DNA from: an uncultured Candidatus Binatia bacterium
GTDB taxonomy: Bacteria > Desulfobacterota > Binatia > Bin18
DNA: 64,000 bases
Reading direction: 5' to 3'
Assembly (NCBI GenBank): GCA_965204455.1
Contig: CBDBEO010000006.1
Coordinates: 12,980-76,979 of the forward strand
Below are positions 47,633-57,920 of the stretch, piece by piece. The position numbers were made by a program, and so were the translations under genes. Every line of letters starts with the position of its first letter. The first letter of the stretch is position 1. The notes beneath the pieces are model-generated. The model was not told the origin of the DNA. It searched no databases and was given only the letters and a program-made list of their open reading frames with translations.

Positions 47633-47935
47633 AGCTGAACCTCCCTTCCGGAAAAATTTGCTCACCCTCACAGCAAAAAAAGAGGCTCCGAAATCATGGG
47701 TTGCGAAGCCAGACGGCCGGCTTTTTTTGAGGCCCGGTTCAAAAAAAGGGGGGCGGCCTTGCCCATTGATTTTGGATTCTTTTTGCTAGACTGGAGCGAG
47801 CAAGGCAGGAAGGCACAACAACGCCGCAGCGGAGCGGAGCCTACGGAGCGCAGCAAGGCCACCTTGGAGACGCCAAGGGCCTTGGCTTGGCACAGCAAAA
47901 TGGGCCGGCTCGATGCCGGGCGATTTTGCCCTGGG
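47633..47935. repeat. Family B repeat, copy 2
   Basis: Same core as copy 1 plus TTTTGGATTCTTTTTGCTA and AAGAGGCTCCGAAA. Confidence 0.88.
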
Positions 47936-48190
47936 CGGTGGGGAGTGCCAGGCCGGGACAGCGCGAGTCTGGCCGGGCCGGCGCAGGGGGAGCGACGGAG
48001 GGCCGCTCCGAGGGCAGGAGGCAGGCGGAGGAGACGACACGAGGCCGTGCGGCCGAGCGAGGAGCCGCAGACCACGACGCAACGAGGGCCGGGCCGACCG
48101 AGCGGACAGAGTGGTGGACGGGAAAATGAAAAAGCAGGGGGTGGGAGCCCCCTGGCCGGGCTCTACCCCGCCCGGCTGGGGGAAGGGCGG

Positions 48191-48451
48191 CTAGGGAGGA
48201 TCGGAGCGGCGCAACAGCTCGGCCAACACTGCGCCTTGCCGTTCCAGCGCCCCGGTCATCGCGTCAAGCTGGCGGTCGCGCCGGTCGGCCGCGCGGTTCA
48301 TCTGCCGCAAGCCCCACACAATCACCCCGATCTGCCCAAAGCCGACACACCCGCCGACGATCACGCCGGCGATCTCCGCCCAATTCGGGGACGGCCCGGC
48401 CTGTAATGCGGCGACAGCCTCCCGCGCCAACTGGACCAGTTCCGTTTCCAT
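48191..48451 (-). CDS. Small membrane protein
   Basis: AGGAGG RBS; one TM helix and a coiled tail. Confidence 0.6.
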   Translation of the reverse strand: METELVQLAREAVAALQAGPSPNWAEIAGVIVGGCVGFGQIGVIVWGLRQMNRAADRRDRQLDAMTGALERQGAVLAELLRRSDPP

Positions 48452-48710
48452 AACGTCCTCCTTTCCGAAACTATGCCGAAACGGCCAGCAAAAAAAGAGG
48501 CTCCGAAAGCAAGGGCAGCAGAGCTGGGAGCGGAGCGACTGTACCCTTGCTTTTGGATTCTTTTTGCTAGACTGGGACGAGCAAGGCAGGAAGGCAGAAA
48601 AGACGCCAACCGGAGTCGGAGCTGGCGGTCGCGCCGGTCGGCCACCGTATAGACGCCAAGGGCCTTGGCTTGGCATGACACACACGACCGGCTTGATGCC
48701 GGGTGCGTGT
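48452..48710. repeat. Family B repeat, copy 3
   Basis: Same core; carries a 24-nt exact copy of downstream coding sequence. Confidence 0.85.
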
Positions 48711-49147
48711 GTCTCTGGCGGGGGGAGCGACCGGACCGGCTAGCGTCAGTCTGGCCGGCCGGAGCATGGGGGGCAGGGGACGGCAAACGCCCCGGCCCTG
48801 GCCGCTTGCCCCCGCGCGCGATCGCGTATTGTTGCAAGCGGAGCGAAAAAAGAGCGAATCTGAGGAAAATCAAGGACTTGTCGAGCTGCCATCCCGAGGT
48901 CCTGCACACTCGGGGTGGCAGCTCGGCGTTGCCCGGGCACAGGCGGCCGAGCTGGGCGGTGAGCTGTCAGCTAGCGCGTTCTCAGGGGGGAGGAGGGGTT
49001 AGTGGGAAGGCCAGCGTGCCTGTCGCGCGGGCCGGCCGGCGTGTGTGTTTCGGAAGAAACACACTGCACTGGCACGGGTCACAGACACCCCTCCATCTTG
49101 TGGTCGAGCACGGCCCTGTAGCAGCCCTCTGATCATAAGATAGAGGG

Positions 49148-49615
49148 TCAGGAGCGGGGCCGGAGGCCGCGCGCAAAGCGGAGCGCGTCCCGGTCGATGT
49201 TCTCCCGCTTTGCCCCGCGTTTCAGGGCTTGGGAGATTTTGCGGGCGACATAGCGCCGGGCGCGGTCGGTCATGCGCCGGGGGACGGCCACGCCATGCCG
49301 GCGAAGCGCGGCATGGGCGTAGTGTTCCGCCTCATATTCCTTCCGATGGGCGGGGATGCGTTTGGGCCGGCCTGGTCCCCCATGCCGGAGGGCGATATGT
49401 CCGCACTCGTGGGCGAGGATATACAGCCGCCGCCGCGTCGTGGTCGGCCAGGGGGCCGCAATGAACGGGGCGCCAAGCAGCCATTGGGCGTGGCCGCTTA
49501 GCCTGGTCCGGGGCTCAACTTGGCTCTCGGTCATACCAACTTCCGCTAAGAGCACACGGCCGAGCTCGGCGTAGCGGGCAGCAGCGGCCGCGCGGGCATG
49601 TTGCAAGTCCGTCAT
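49148..49615 (-). CDS. HExxH metallopeptidase (IrrE/ImmA-like), copy 1
   Basis: ILAHECGH..EYEAEHYA; GGAGG RBS. Confidence 0.7.
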   Translation of the reverse strand: MTDLQHARAAAAARYAELGRVLLAEVGMTESQVEPRTRLSGHAQWLLGAPFIAAPWPTTTRRRLYILAHECGHIALRHGGPGRPKRIPAHRKEYEAEHYAHAALRRHGVAVPRRMTDRARRYVARKISQALKRGAKRENIDRDALRFARGLRPRS

Positions 49616-49627
49616 ATGCGCCTCCCC

Positions 49628-49864
49628 TCAGCGGATAAAGCCGCCGTCTTCGTGCAGGTAGTAGCTGGCACGGTGCCGCTCGATCCGCACAACCCAGCCA
49701 GTCGGTCGCCCTGCGGTATCGTACTCCCACACGTCACACCGGGCCTGCTCGTGGGCGTGGGCCTCAGCAGCCGCCTCGGCCTCGGCCTGATCGGTGAAGA
49801 CGTGCGGCTCAAGGTGGGCCGTGCTCTCGCTCTGGTCTTTCTTCCGCCGTCGCGTCTGCCCCAT
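49628..49864 (-). CDS. Hypothetical protein, copy 1 (paralog 57680-57916)
   Basis: FTDQAEAEAAA..WVVRIER...YYLHEDGGFIR conserved in both copies. Confidence 0.7.
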   Translation of the reverse strand: MGQTRRRKKDQSESTAHLEPHVFTDQAEAEAAAEAHAHEQARCDVWEYDTAGRPTGWVVRIERHRASYYLHEDGGFIR

Positions 49865-49879
49865 CGCGTCTGCCTCCTC

Positions 49880-50092
49880 CTATTCCCACGGCTGGAGCGT
49901 CGTGAGGAATCGTTTCATGCCCCGCGCCTTTTTCTCGATGTCTGCGACCGACACCAGCAGGCTCCGGTAGGCGTCTCGTTGCCCCAGATGGCGGCCTCGG
50001 TATTCCTGCTCCCGCGCGATTTCCTCCGCTGTGCCCAGCTCGGCCACGATCACGCGCAAGAACTCGATTTGATTGCCGTTCATTTTCGCCAT
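49880..50092 (-). CDS. Hypothetical protein
   Basis: GAGGAGG RBS; fits the operon. Confidence 0.55.
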   Translation of the reverse strand: MAKMNGNQIEFLRVIVAELGTAEEIAREQEYRGRHLGQRDAYRSLLVSVADIEKKARGMKRFLTTLQPWE

Positions 50093-50113
50093 GTCTGTTG
50101 TCCTCCTCTCGGG

Positions 50114-50887
50114 TTAGGGGGTGATGCCGGTCATCTCCGGCAAGGGCTTTTTGCTCATACTCAGAGTGAAGCCGAGCCGCTGTTCGAGCGCGGCGTATCG
50201 GCGGTAGAGGTCCGGTTTGAGCTGGGCGGCCGTCCGCAAGTCCTGGGGGCTCGCCATGATGCAAAAGATGCAACTCAAGCGGCTCATGCCGGCCGCATAC
50301 GCCCAGTGCGGGCGCTGGCCGGCGGCCTCGATCTCGGCGAAGACCTCCGGCTTGGTCAGCGCATGGATGGGCAGCCAGTCGTACCAGGTCCGCCCCGCGC
50401 GGCTGTTCCGCTCGTTCTTGGTCAAGGTCTGGAGTTTGGAGCGGGCTGGGCTTTCCTCCGCGCGAAAGCCCAAGCAGTTGACGATCCGCCCGCGATACTC
50501 CGGGTGCTCCTGCAGAAAGCGCCTGACGAACGTCTCAATCGGGCCGCGTTTCAGGTCGCTGGTGCATTGGCGATAGCTGGGGCTGGGGAACATCCCGCGC
50601 TGCTCGGCCATGTCCAGCAAGCTCTTAGCGGCGGCCACGTAGTAGACCGGGTGCGTCGTGGTCGCCTCGATATGCTCAGGGATACCCGGCCAGTCTACTT
50701 CGTGCAGAATCGCATGGACGACAATCAACTGCCGGGCCGGGATCATGGGCGCGAGGCGCACATACATGGCCTGGCTGTCCTTCCCCCCGCTGTGGTTCAC
50801 CACAAACACAAAGCCTTGGTCGATCAGCCGCCGAATCTCGGCCTGCTCGTCAACCTGGCCGGTATCAAACATGCTGAGCTGCTTCAT
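50114..50887 (-). CDS. PAPS-reductase-family (PP-loop) protein, copy 1
   Basis: HSGGKDSQAM, RQCTSDLKRGP, GFRAEESPAR, SRLSCIFC; ATGA overlap with the HNH gene. Confidence 0.9.
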   Translation of the reverse strand: MKQLSMFDTGQVDEQAEIRRLIDQGFVFVVNHSGGKDSQAMYVRLAPMIPARQLIVVHAILHEVDWPGIPEHIEATTTHPVYYVAAAKSLLDMAEQRGMFPSPSYRQCTSDLKRGPIETFVRRFLQEHPEYRGRIVNCLGFRAEESPARSKLQTLTKNERNSRAGRTWYDWLPIHALTKPEVFAEIEAAGQRPHWAYAAGMSRLSCIFCIMASPQDLRTAAQLKPDLYRRYAALEQRLGFTLSMSKKPLPEMTGITP

Positions 50888-51279
50888 GCTTGCCCCCGGT
50901 AGTGGCTGAGGCAGGGGGTCCAACCGCCCCGCTGCGCGATCAGCGCCTTGGCGGCCTGGGTGTCGAACGTCCGGGCAGCACAGCGCCGGACATGCCGCTC
51001 GATCTCCCGCGCCTCGATGCCGGTGCCCAGATAGACCGCCACCGCCCGGCAAAAGCCCCGCACGGTGCGGGCCTTGCGGCGGCTGTTGCAATGCGTACAG
51101 GCGGTGACCAAGTTCGTGGCGTCGTGCCGGCCGCCCTGGCTGACAGGCTTCAAGTGGTCCAGGGTGAGCTGCGCGCCGTCCTCCAAGCTGTCGCCGCAGT
51201 ACGCACACGCCAGGCCATCCCGCAGGTACAGCGCCAGCCGTTTTTCCGGGCGAATCCAGTTGCGTCCGTAGCGATTCAT
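50884..51279 (-). CDS. Small HNH endonuclease, copy 1
   Basis: RDGLACAYCG..LTLDH..GG...NLVTACTHCN. Confidence 0.9.
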   Translation of the reverse strand: MNRYGRNWIRPEKRLALYLRDGLACAYCGDSLEDGAQLTLDHLKPVSQGGRHDATNLVTACTHCNSRRKARTVRGFCRAVAVYLGTGIEAREIERHVRRCAARTFDTQAAKALIAQRGGWTPCLSHYRGQA

Positions 51280-51283
51280 GGGA

Positions 51284-51630
51284 CCCCTCCACGCAAAAAA
51301 ACACGTTCTTTTTTTCCGGTTCTCACCCCACGTTCGGACCGGAAAAAAAGAGCCTGGCCGGCCCGCAGGGCCACCCGCTTCCGCAAGCCGGACTGATCGC
51401 GCGCCCCGTGACAGGGGCCTTGACCTGGCGCGGGGTACGCAAGGAAGGCGCTGTCTTGTGGGGCGTCTGCGCAGCCGTGACAGGGGCCTTGACCTGGCGC
51501 GGGTGCTGGGGGCTGGGCCATCGGCGTGGTGTGCCCGGACAACGGGAGGGCGCACGACGCCTCAAGACGGCCGTCGCCCTGGGCGGACTGGCTGGCCGCA
51601 GCCTGCGGAGGATCGGACACGGCTGCCCTG
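51284..51630. repeat. Family A repeat, copy 2
   Basis: All family A blocks present; abuts the HNH RBS. Confidence 0.92.
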
Positions 51631-52165
51631 GGCGCTCGGCTTCCGCTGGGCCTTGCCGGGGCGGTGGGAGCGACCGCCCCGGGCAGCGCGGGCCGGGCCG
51701 GCCTGGGCCGGAGCGCGGGTTGGGTGAGGCAGAATCGGCCACGGCGCGCGGCGCTGCCGACCCGAAGGGACCGTGGCGCACACGCCCTGGGGATGGGTAG
51801 GCCGGAGATCCACCGCATGGGCGATCTCCGGTCGGGGGACGGCTGCTGGACGCCGCAAACGCGCCGTCCAGCGATTCCGTAAATCCCTATTCTGTGGTGA
51901 GGGTCTTGGTATAGAGCGCACCGATTACGGGCAGCACAGGCGATTCTCGGCGGCCGGTTTTGGCCAGTGTGGGCCAACAGGAGGGGTGTGGGCGGATTCC
52001 TGGGTCAATGGGCCGGCTCGCCGGAGGGGATGGGGGAAAGGAAGGGGAAGGGGAAGGGCGTCGGCCAGGTCGACGCCCTGGCCGCGTTCGCCGCCGCCGC
52101 GCTGGTCGAGCGCGGCGGCCTGGTTGCTGGAAGCCTGCCCCGCTCGCGCGGGGCCTGGTCGTGGA

Positions 52166-52480
52166 TTACCGCGTGCGGATGCCGGTCATTGCCCGCTCAA
52201 GGCTGGCGTCTGGTGGGCCAAGCCGACAGTCTCGGCACACCTCATATGTCCCCTCAGCCGGGGTCATCACGGCGTTGCACTCCTGGCACCGGCGCTCAGC
52301 AGGGGCGAGGATGTCCTCCTCGCTCACTTCGATCTTGACGGTATCCCCAGCTCCCGGTGCCCAGCGCTCTTCGGCCTGCCTGACGATGTCGGAGAAGTCG
52401 ATGCCCTCGGTGGCGCTCTCGATGACAAAGCTGTCCGTCTCGCCGGCGGCCATCTGTAACGTGATTGTGAATCGGGTCAT
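52166..52480 (-). CDS. Small protein with a C-terminal CxxC..CxxC zinc finger
   Basis: CQEC..MTPAEG..VCRDCRLGPPDASLER. Confidence 0.65.
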   Translation of the reverse strand: MTRFTITLQMAAGETDSFVIESATEGIDFSDIVRQAEERWAPGAGDTVKIEVSEEDILAPAERRCQECNAVMTPAEGTYEVCRDCRLGPPDASLERAMTGIRTR

Positions 52481-52496
52481 GGCGTGCCCTCCCCTG

Positions 52497-52526
52497 CGCA
52501 AAAAAAGGCGGGGCCTACGCCCCGCC
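52497..52526 (-). terminator. Intrinsic terminator after ssb copy 1
   Basis: GGCGGGGC-GTAG-GCCCCGCC followed by a T-tract on the minus strand; equivalent element at about 61072-61103. Confidence 0.6.
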
Positions 52527-52532
52527 GTGTGG

Positions 52533-52913
52533 CTACCCGTTCGCGCCGGGTTCCGGGTCGTCCTCCTGGTGGCTCCCGCCGTTGCCGTTGCTGCCCAGGA
52601 ACTTGACCTCCCGAGCCACGATTTCGGTGGTGAAGCGCTTCCCCCCCGCGTCGTCCTCGTAGCTGCGGGTCTGCAAGCGGCCCTCCGCGTAGACCTGGCG
52701 GCCTTTCTTGAGATACTGCCCACACGTCAGGGCCAGTTTCCCCCACACCACCACCCGATGCCACTCGGTGTATTCCTTGCGCTCCTCGCCGCTACCCCGG
52801 CCCTCGGTCGTGGCGATGGAAAAGTTGGCGACCGCGTTGCCGGCCTGCGTGCTGCGGACTTCGGGATCGCTGCCCAGGTTGCCAATCAGCATCACTTTGT
52901 TGAGACTCGACAT
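52533..52913 (-). CDS. ssb: Single-stranded DNA-binding protein, copy 1
   Basis: [32 protein letters not shown]; lacks the acidic DDVPF-type tail. Confidence 0.96.
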   Translation of the reverse strand: MSSLNKVMLIGNLGSDPEVRSTQAGNAVANFSIATTEGRGSGEERKEYTEWHRVVVWGKLALTCGQYLKKGRQVYAEGRLQTRSYEDDAGGKRFTTEIVAREVKFLGSNGNGGSHQEDDPEPGANG

Positions 52914-53002
52914 GGTACATACCTCCTACGTCTATGGGGCATTCCGCCCAGTTAGGTTACAAGATCACGAACCCACGTTCGACTGTTCTTCGCCTACACG
53001 GC

Positions 53003-53350
53003 CTCCTTTCCCCCGCAAAAAAACATGTTCTTTTTTCCCGGTTCTCACCCCAGGATCGGACCGGGAAAAAAGAAACGGACGGCGCGAAGCGCCACCCGAT
53101 GTTGGGAGCCGGACTGTCCGCGTGCCCCGTGACAGGGGCCTTGGCCTGGCGCGGGGCACGCAAGGAAGGCGTGGCCTTGTGGGGCGTCTGCGCAGCCGTG
53201 ACAGGGTTTCCCTGGCGCGGGTGCTGGGGGAGGAGGCCATCGGCGTGGTGTGCCCGGACAACGGGAGGGCGCACCACGCCTCAAGAACGCCGTCGCCCTG
53301 GGCGGGCTGGCCGGCCGCAGCCTGCGGAAGAGCGGACACGGCCGCCCTGG
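53003..53350. repeat. Family A repeat, copy 3 (upstream of ssb)
   Basis: All family A blocks present. Confidence 0.92.
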
Positions 53351-53641
53351 GCGCACGGCTTCCGCTGGTCCGTCGCAGGTGGGGCAGCGACAGAGGGCGG
53401 CAGCGGGGGACAGAGGGGGGAGCCAGGGACAGAGGGCGGAATGCTGGCGACAAAGGGCGGAAGCGGCCAGGGCCTGGCCTGGCCGACCCGCACCGACAGA
53501 CCGCCGCGATCCCCCGACAGACCCCGACCCGCACCGACAGAGCGGGGCAGGGAGCGACGGAGGGCCGCCCCGAGAGCAGGGCCAACCGAGCGGGGCGGGT
53601 GAGAGAGCCGGGCCTGACCCCGCCCGGCTGGGGCTAGGCCA

Positions 53642-53857
53642 CTAGGCCAGGTCGGCGGCTTCCAACCCACACCCTGCACACCGGCCGTTCCACCAACTCA
53701 TGTCCTGGCAGGAGGGACACGCCGGCCCGGAGACCTCCACCGCCCACTCTACATCCTGCGTGTGGCGTTGGCTCCTGAGTCCGCTCAGGTACTCCTCAAT
53801 CCGTCCTATGTCCGTCGCGGCGGCCAAGGCGAGCGCGTTTGCTGCGGTCTGGTTCAT
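53642..53857 (-). CDS. Small zinc-ribbon protein
   Basis: AGGAGG RBS; CPSC..CAGC. Confidence 0.6.
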   Translation of the reverse strand: MNQTAANALALAAATDIGRIEEYLSGLRSQRHTQDVEWAVEVSGPACPSCQDMSWWNGRCAGCGLEAADLA

Positions 53858-54115
53858 CGCTGCACCTCCTTCCGAAAAATTTGCCCACCCGCAAAGCAAA
53901 AGAAGAGGCTCCGAAATCAAGGGCAGCGGAGCTGCGAAGTTTACCCTTGATTTTGGATTCTTTTTGCTACGCTGGGAGGAGCACGCCAGGCAGGAAGGCC
54001 CACAGATGCCACCTGGAGCGGAGCCTGCGGAGCGCAGGGCGGCCACCTTGGTGACGCCACGGGCCTGGGCTTGGCCTGAAAAGATGACCCGGCTCAATGC
54101 CGGGGCATTTTTCCC
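53858..54115. repeat. Family B repeat, copy 4
   Basis: AAGAGGCTCCGAAA, TTTTGGATTCTTTTTGCTA, GGCAGGAAGGC, GGCCACCTTGG. Confidence 0.85.
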
Positions 54116-54314
54116 AGGGGGTTCGAGGGGGCCACTATCTCCCTCGTCGATCTCGGCGGCCGCCGAGTCGATTCCTGGGTCTATGGTGCGGGGGGGCAGT
54201 CGAGCAGGCCGGGGATCATCACCATTTTGTAGCCGGGCGCGCTGCCCGGGCCACGAAAAACCACCAGATATGGTGTCGGGGGGAGGCCGCTGCGCCGGGG
54301 CCGGCCTGGCCGGC

Positions 54315-54623
54315 TCAGCGCTCCTCCCGACACCAAGCCACCATTGCCGGGTTGCGGTCGTACAGACGACGGGCCAGGTTGCGCGGCAAGCCGAGGGTGC
54401 CGCCGTTGTTGATGTCATACCCGGGCCACTCGTGATGCGGCCGCCAGTCGTCTTGCCCGGCCGGACTCCACTCGTAGTCAAGATAGCGCTCGGTCCGGGT
54501 GGCCAGCATGGTGAGGGTTTCGATCCGTTTCAGCCGCCAGTCGTGATTCCCGATGCGGACGGGCGCGGAATACCAGGGCAGCGCCGGGGCCTGCGCGGCG
54601 GGGAAGAGACTTCTCTGCTTCAT
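54315..54623 (-). CDS. Hypothetical protein
   Basis: Family C hairpin-RBS upstream; Trp-rich, WPGYDINNG. Confidence 0.6.
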   Translation of the reverse strand: MKQRSLFPAAQAPALPWYSAPVRIGNHDWRLKRIETLTMLATRTERYLDYEWSPAGQDDWRPHHEWPGYDINNGGTLGLPRNLARRLYDRNPAMVAWCREER

Positions 54624-54628
54624 AGCGG

Positions 54629-54656
54629 GTTCCTCCTGCGCCCCGCGCGGGGGCGC
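54629..54656 (-). repeat. Family C hairpin-RBS element (also 55032-55058, 62394-62420, 62963-62989)
   Basis: Minus strand GCGCCCC-G(C/T)GC-GGGGCGC-AGGAGGAAC immediately before start codons. Confidence 0.85.
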
Positions 54657-54689
54657 TGTCGAGTTGGGCGTGCAGGTCAGGGCCGTTGC

Positions 54690-55025
54690 TCAGGCTTCGC
54701 GTAGCCCGCTCTCCTCGATCAGAAACATGGTGAGGCTGTAGCGGATCGCCTCAATGGTCGTACACGCGCCAGGGTCGATGCCCCAGGCTTCAAGATCGCC
54801 GGTCAAGCCGTACAGATTGCCGGAGTCGAGCAGACTATAGTTGGCCGCAAAGAGCGCCGCCAATTCCTGCGAAGCGGACAAGCAGTCGCGGGCGAGGAAC
54901 GCCAGCTCTTTGACTCGCTCCGCGTTGTCCAGGGCTTTCAGCTCGTCCTCGCGGACACAGGCTTCCTGCACAAAGGCGTCTCGAAGCTCGACCAACTCAG
55001 CGGTCATTGTGGATTCCTCAGTCAT
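54690..55025 (-). CDS. Hypothetical acidic protein
   Basis: Family C RBS; weak similarity to 62436-62960 (LFAAN..L / IRY.LTM). Confidence 0.6.
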   Translation of the reverse strand: MTEESTMTAELVELRDAFVQEACVREDELKALDNAERVKELAFLARDCLSASQELAALFAANYSLLDSGNLYGLTGDLEAWGIDPGACTTIEAIRYSLTMFLIEESGLREA

Positions 55026-55071
55026 CGCGGTGTTCCTCCTGCGCCCCGCGCGGGGCGCGGGGCGGGGTTCG

Positions 55072-55638
55072 TTACTCGGCCATCTGCCAGACGCGGACGG
55101 GCAGCGAGACATGGACGGCACAGCCGGCACATAGGCGGTCATGGTGCGCAATCCAGAACGCGGCGGGCTGGCGTTCCTCGGTCGGCTCGGGGAAGGGCAG
55201 GAGCGGGTCCAGGCTCCCGGAAAAGGACGTGTGGCCGTCGCCAAACGCGAACGATCCCGCGCCATCCTTCCAGACCGGCTGCCAGCCATCCGGCCAGATA
55301 TGCGCCACGCGCCGAGTGCTCCCGTCTGCCAGGCGGACCAGATCCCCCACCTGGAGCGCTGATTCGGCCAGCCGCTTGCGCGTCCAGGCGACGACGAGGC
55401 TGTAATTGATCAGGTCGGCGCGCGGGCCGGGCTCAAGCCGGACCTCCGGGACCGGGCCGTGGACCAGGGCGTCCAGCAAGAGGGCAGCGTTGACGGCAAG
55501 CCGCTGTTCGTGTGGGCCGTATCCGCCCAGCTCGACAACGGGCCGGTAGGTGGTCAGGTCTACGACTGACCAGCCCCGCACCCTGCGATTCTCCTTCTCC
55601 TCTCTGTGGCGGTTGTAGATGGTAGGCTGATAGGGCAT
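55072..55638 (-). CDS. Hypothetical protein (DUF4121-like C-terminal domain, tentative)
   Basis: VGDLVRL..GSF..G..SFSGSLDP..FWIAHHD..V.LPVRVW; AGGAGG RBS. Confidence 0.55.
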   Translation of the reverse strand: MPYQPTIYNRHREEKENRRVRGWSVVDLTTYRPVVELGGYGPHEQRLAVNAALLLDALVHGPVPEVRLEPGPRADLINYSLVVAWTRKRLAESALQVGDLVRLADGSTRRVAHIWPDGWQPVWKDGAGSFAFGDGHTSFSGSLDPLLPFPEPTEERQPAAFWIAHHDRLCAGCAVHVSLPVRVWQMAE

Positions 55639-55653
55639 GGGGGCCTCCTTTCG

Positions 55654-55929
55654 CTAGAACGAGCTTGGCTGATCGGGGACAGGCACAATCAGATGGTCGG
55701 GAATACTGGCCGTCCTCGGCCGCCAGCGCCGATTGGGGGAGCAAAAAAAGCGGTGAATCTTCCGCGTCACTCCGTCAGACGTATATGGCGCGGTCTCGTA
55801 CTCCGCGGTGAACCAGAACGCGTCCGCCCGGCCGTAGGCAATCGTGCGACCGTCCGGGCCGATAGCGACCGCCTCCAGTCGTCCGGGGCGGACGGGGTCG
55901 CGCTGCACGTGAAACGTGATGGTGGTCAT
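55654..55929 (-). CDS. Hypothetical protein
   Basis: AGGAGG RBS; fits the operon. Confidence 0.55.
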   Translation of the reverse strand: MTTITFHVQRDPVRPGRLEAVAIGPDGRTIAYGRADAFWFTAEYETAPYTSDGVTRKIHRFFCSPNRRWRPRTASIPDHLIVPVPDQPSSF

Positions 55930-55968
55930 AGCGTCCTCCTTTCTGGGTAAAGGTGCCCGCTCTGGCCG

Positions 55969-56160
<192 letters not shown>

Positions 56161-56171
56161 GGCTCTCCCTC

Positions 56172-56393
56172 CTAACGGTTTGTGTACGTGTGGGCGGGCG
56201 TGGCTTCGCCCGTCTCGATGTAGACCACGGAGCCGATGCCCTGGGGCACATGCCACGGCTTGATCCCATAGCGGTCGTGAGAGAGGTTCCCGCTCAGGTA
56301 CACGAGCGTTCCCCAGCCCTGCATCTGCACGGCCGAAAGGACTATGGAAGTCGGGACGACGAGCGGCGTGATGGTGGCGTTGGCCTCATGCAT
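56172..56393 (-). CDS. Hypothetical protein (paralog of 63360-63587)
   Basis: GWGTLVYLSG..GIK..VPQGIGS.V.IETG conserved in both copies. Confidence 0.7.
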   Translation of the reverse strand: MHEANATITPLVVPTSIVLSAVQMQGWGTLVYLSGNLSHDRYGIKPWHVPQGIGSVVYIETGEATPAHTYTNR

Positions 56394-56399
56394 GTGTTG

Positions 56400-56770
56400 C
56401 CCTCCTCTGCGCAAAAAAAGAAGTTTTTTCCCGGTTCTCACCCAAAATTCGGACCGGGAAAAAACGATTTGGACGGCCCGTAGGGCCACCCGCTTCCGCC
56501 AGCCGACTGATCGCGCGACCCGTGACAGGGGCCTTGACCTGGCGCGGGTTGCCAGAGGGAGGCGCTGTCTTTAATCGGGACAGGCCGCTGTCGGCAGCCG
56601 TGACAAGCTGTGCTTGGCGCGGGTGCGCGGGCTGGACCATCGGCGTGGTGTGCCCGCAACAGCGTGCAGGGCGCACGACGCCTGAGACTGCCGGCGCCCG
56701 GGGCGGGCTGGCCGGCCGCAGCCTGCGGAGGATCGGACACGACCGGCCGGGGCAGCCGGCCACCACTGGC
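56400..56770. repeat. Family A repeat, copy 4
   Basis: All family A blocks present. Confidence 0.92.
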
Positions 56771-57213
56771 CTTTCACGGGGGACGCGACAGCGGGCGACC
56801 CGTACCGACAGAGCGGGCGAGGGGTGCCGGGAGCGGGAGGAGGGGGAGAGCAGATGCCTCGGGGGAAGGCCCGAGATCCGGCCCTCGGCCAGTATCTCGG
56901 CCGTGTCTTGCCGGCGAAGGCCAAACTCTCAGGTTTGGCTTGGTTCCTGGCTCATGGCTAGGAACGCCGGCCGCACGGCCAGGCCGGAAAAAAGGCGGGG
57001 GGCTCAGACAGGAGGAAGGGGCGGCACGCTGGCGTAGCGAGAGCCACCAGCAAGGCTCGGACAAGCCGACGCGAGAGAGTGGGGAGGGGGGACAGGAGGG
57101 GGACGGATTCCCCGTATCTTGTAGGCAGCCGAGCTGGTCGAGCCACAAGATATGGTGGGTGGGCCAGACCCTGGAGACGCCTCCGGCTACCAGAGAGCGG
57201 GATGGGGAAGCGG

Positions 57214-57666
57214 TCAGCGGCCGCGCGCAAAGCGGAGCGCTTCACGGTCGATGTTTTCAGGCTTCGCCCCCCGTTTGAGGGCCTGATAGATTTTGCGGCC
57301 GACATAGCGCCGGGCGCGGGCGGTCATGGCCCGGGGCACGGCTACGCCATGTCGGCGTAGCGCGGCATGGGCGTAGTGTTCGGCCTCGTACTCCTCCCGG
57401 TGGCGGGGCTTACGCCTGGTTCCCCGGCGGCCGTGGGCATAGTGCACATGGCCGCACTCGTGGGCCAGAATATACAGCCGCTTCCTGGTGGTGGTCGGCC
57501 AAGGCGCCACGATGAACAACGCGCCGAGCAGCGTTGTCACCCGGCCGTTCAGGCCGCTGCTCGGATGCACCTGGTTCGGGCTCAGACCGACCTCGGCCAA
57601 GAGCACACGGCCGAGCTGGGCGTAGCGCTCAGCCGCGGCGGCGCGGGCGTGTTGTAGGTCGGGCAT
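57214..57666 (-). CDS. HExxH metallopeptidase, copy 2
   Basis: ILAHECGH..EYEAEHYA. Confidence 0.7.
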   Translation of the reverse strand: MPDLQHARAAAAERYAQLGRVLLAEVGLSPNQVHPSSGLNGRVTTLLGALFIVAPWPTTTRKRLYILAHECGHVHYAHGRRGTRRKPRHREEYEAEHYAHAALRRHGVAVPRAMTARARRYVGRKIYQALKRGAKPENIDREALRFARGR

Positions 57667-57679
57667 GGCTGCTCCCTTC

Positions 57680-57916
57680 TTAGCGGATAAAGCCGCCGTC
57701 TTCGTGCAGGTAGTAGCTGGCAAGGTTCCGCTCGATCCGGACAACCCAGCCGACCGGTTGCCCTGCGGCGTCGTAGTCCCACACGTCACACCGGGCCTGC
57801 TTGTCGGCGTGGGCCTGGGCGGCCGCTTCGGCCTCGGCCTGGTCAGTGAAGACCTTAGGCTCAAGATGAGCTGTGCTCTCGCTCTCCTGCTTGCGTCGTC
57901 GCCGCGCCTTCCCCAT
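57680..57916 (-). CDS. Hypothetical protein, copy 2
   Basis: Paralog of 49628-49864. Confidence 0.7.
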   Translation of the reverse strand: MGKARRRRKQESESTAHLEPKVFTDQAEAEAAAQAHADKQARCDVWDYDAAGQPVGWVVRIERNLASYYLHEDGGFIR

Positions 57917-57920
57917 CGGC

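Noticed and set aside
50114-50887. cysH or a dnd phosphorothioation operon
   Set aside because: No cys, dnd or ssp partner genes in the window.
50884-51630. HEARO/IscB-like RNA-guided HNH with family A as its RNA
   Set aside because: Family A also precedes ardC, ssb and another gene; the HNH is only about 130 aa with no RuvC or PLMP; the wobble pattern favours the antisense strand. Not fully excluded.
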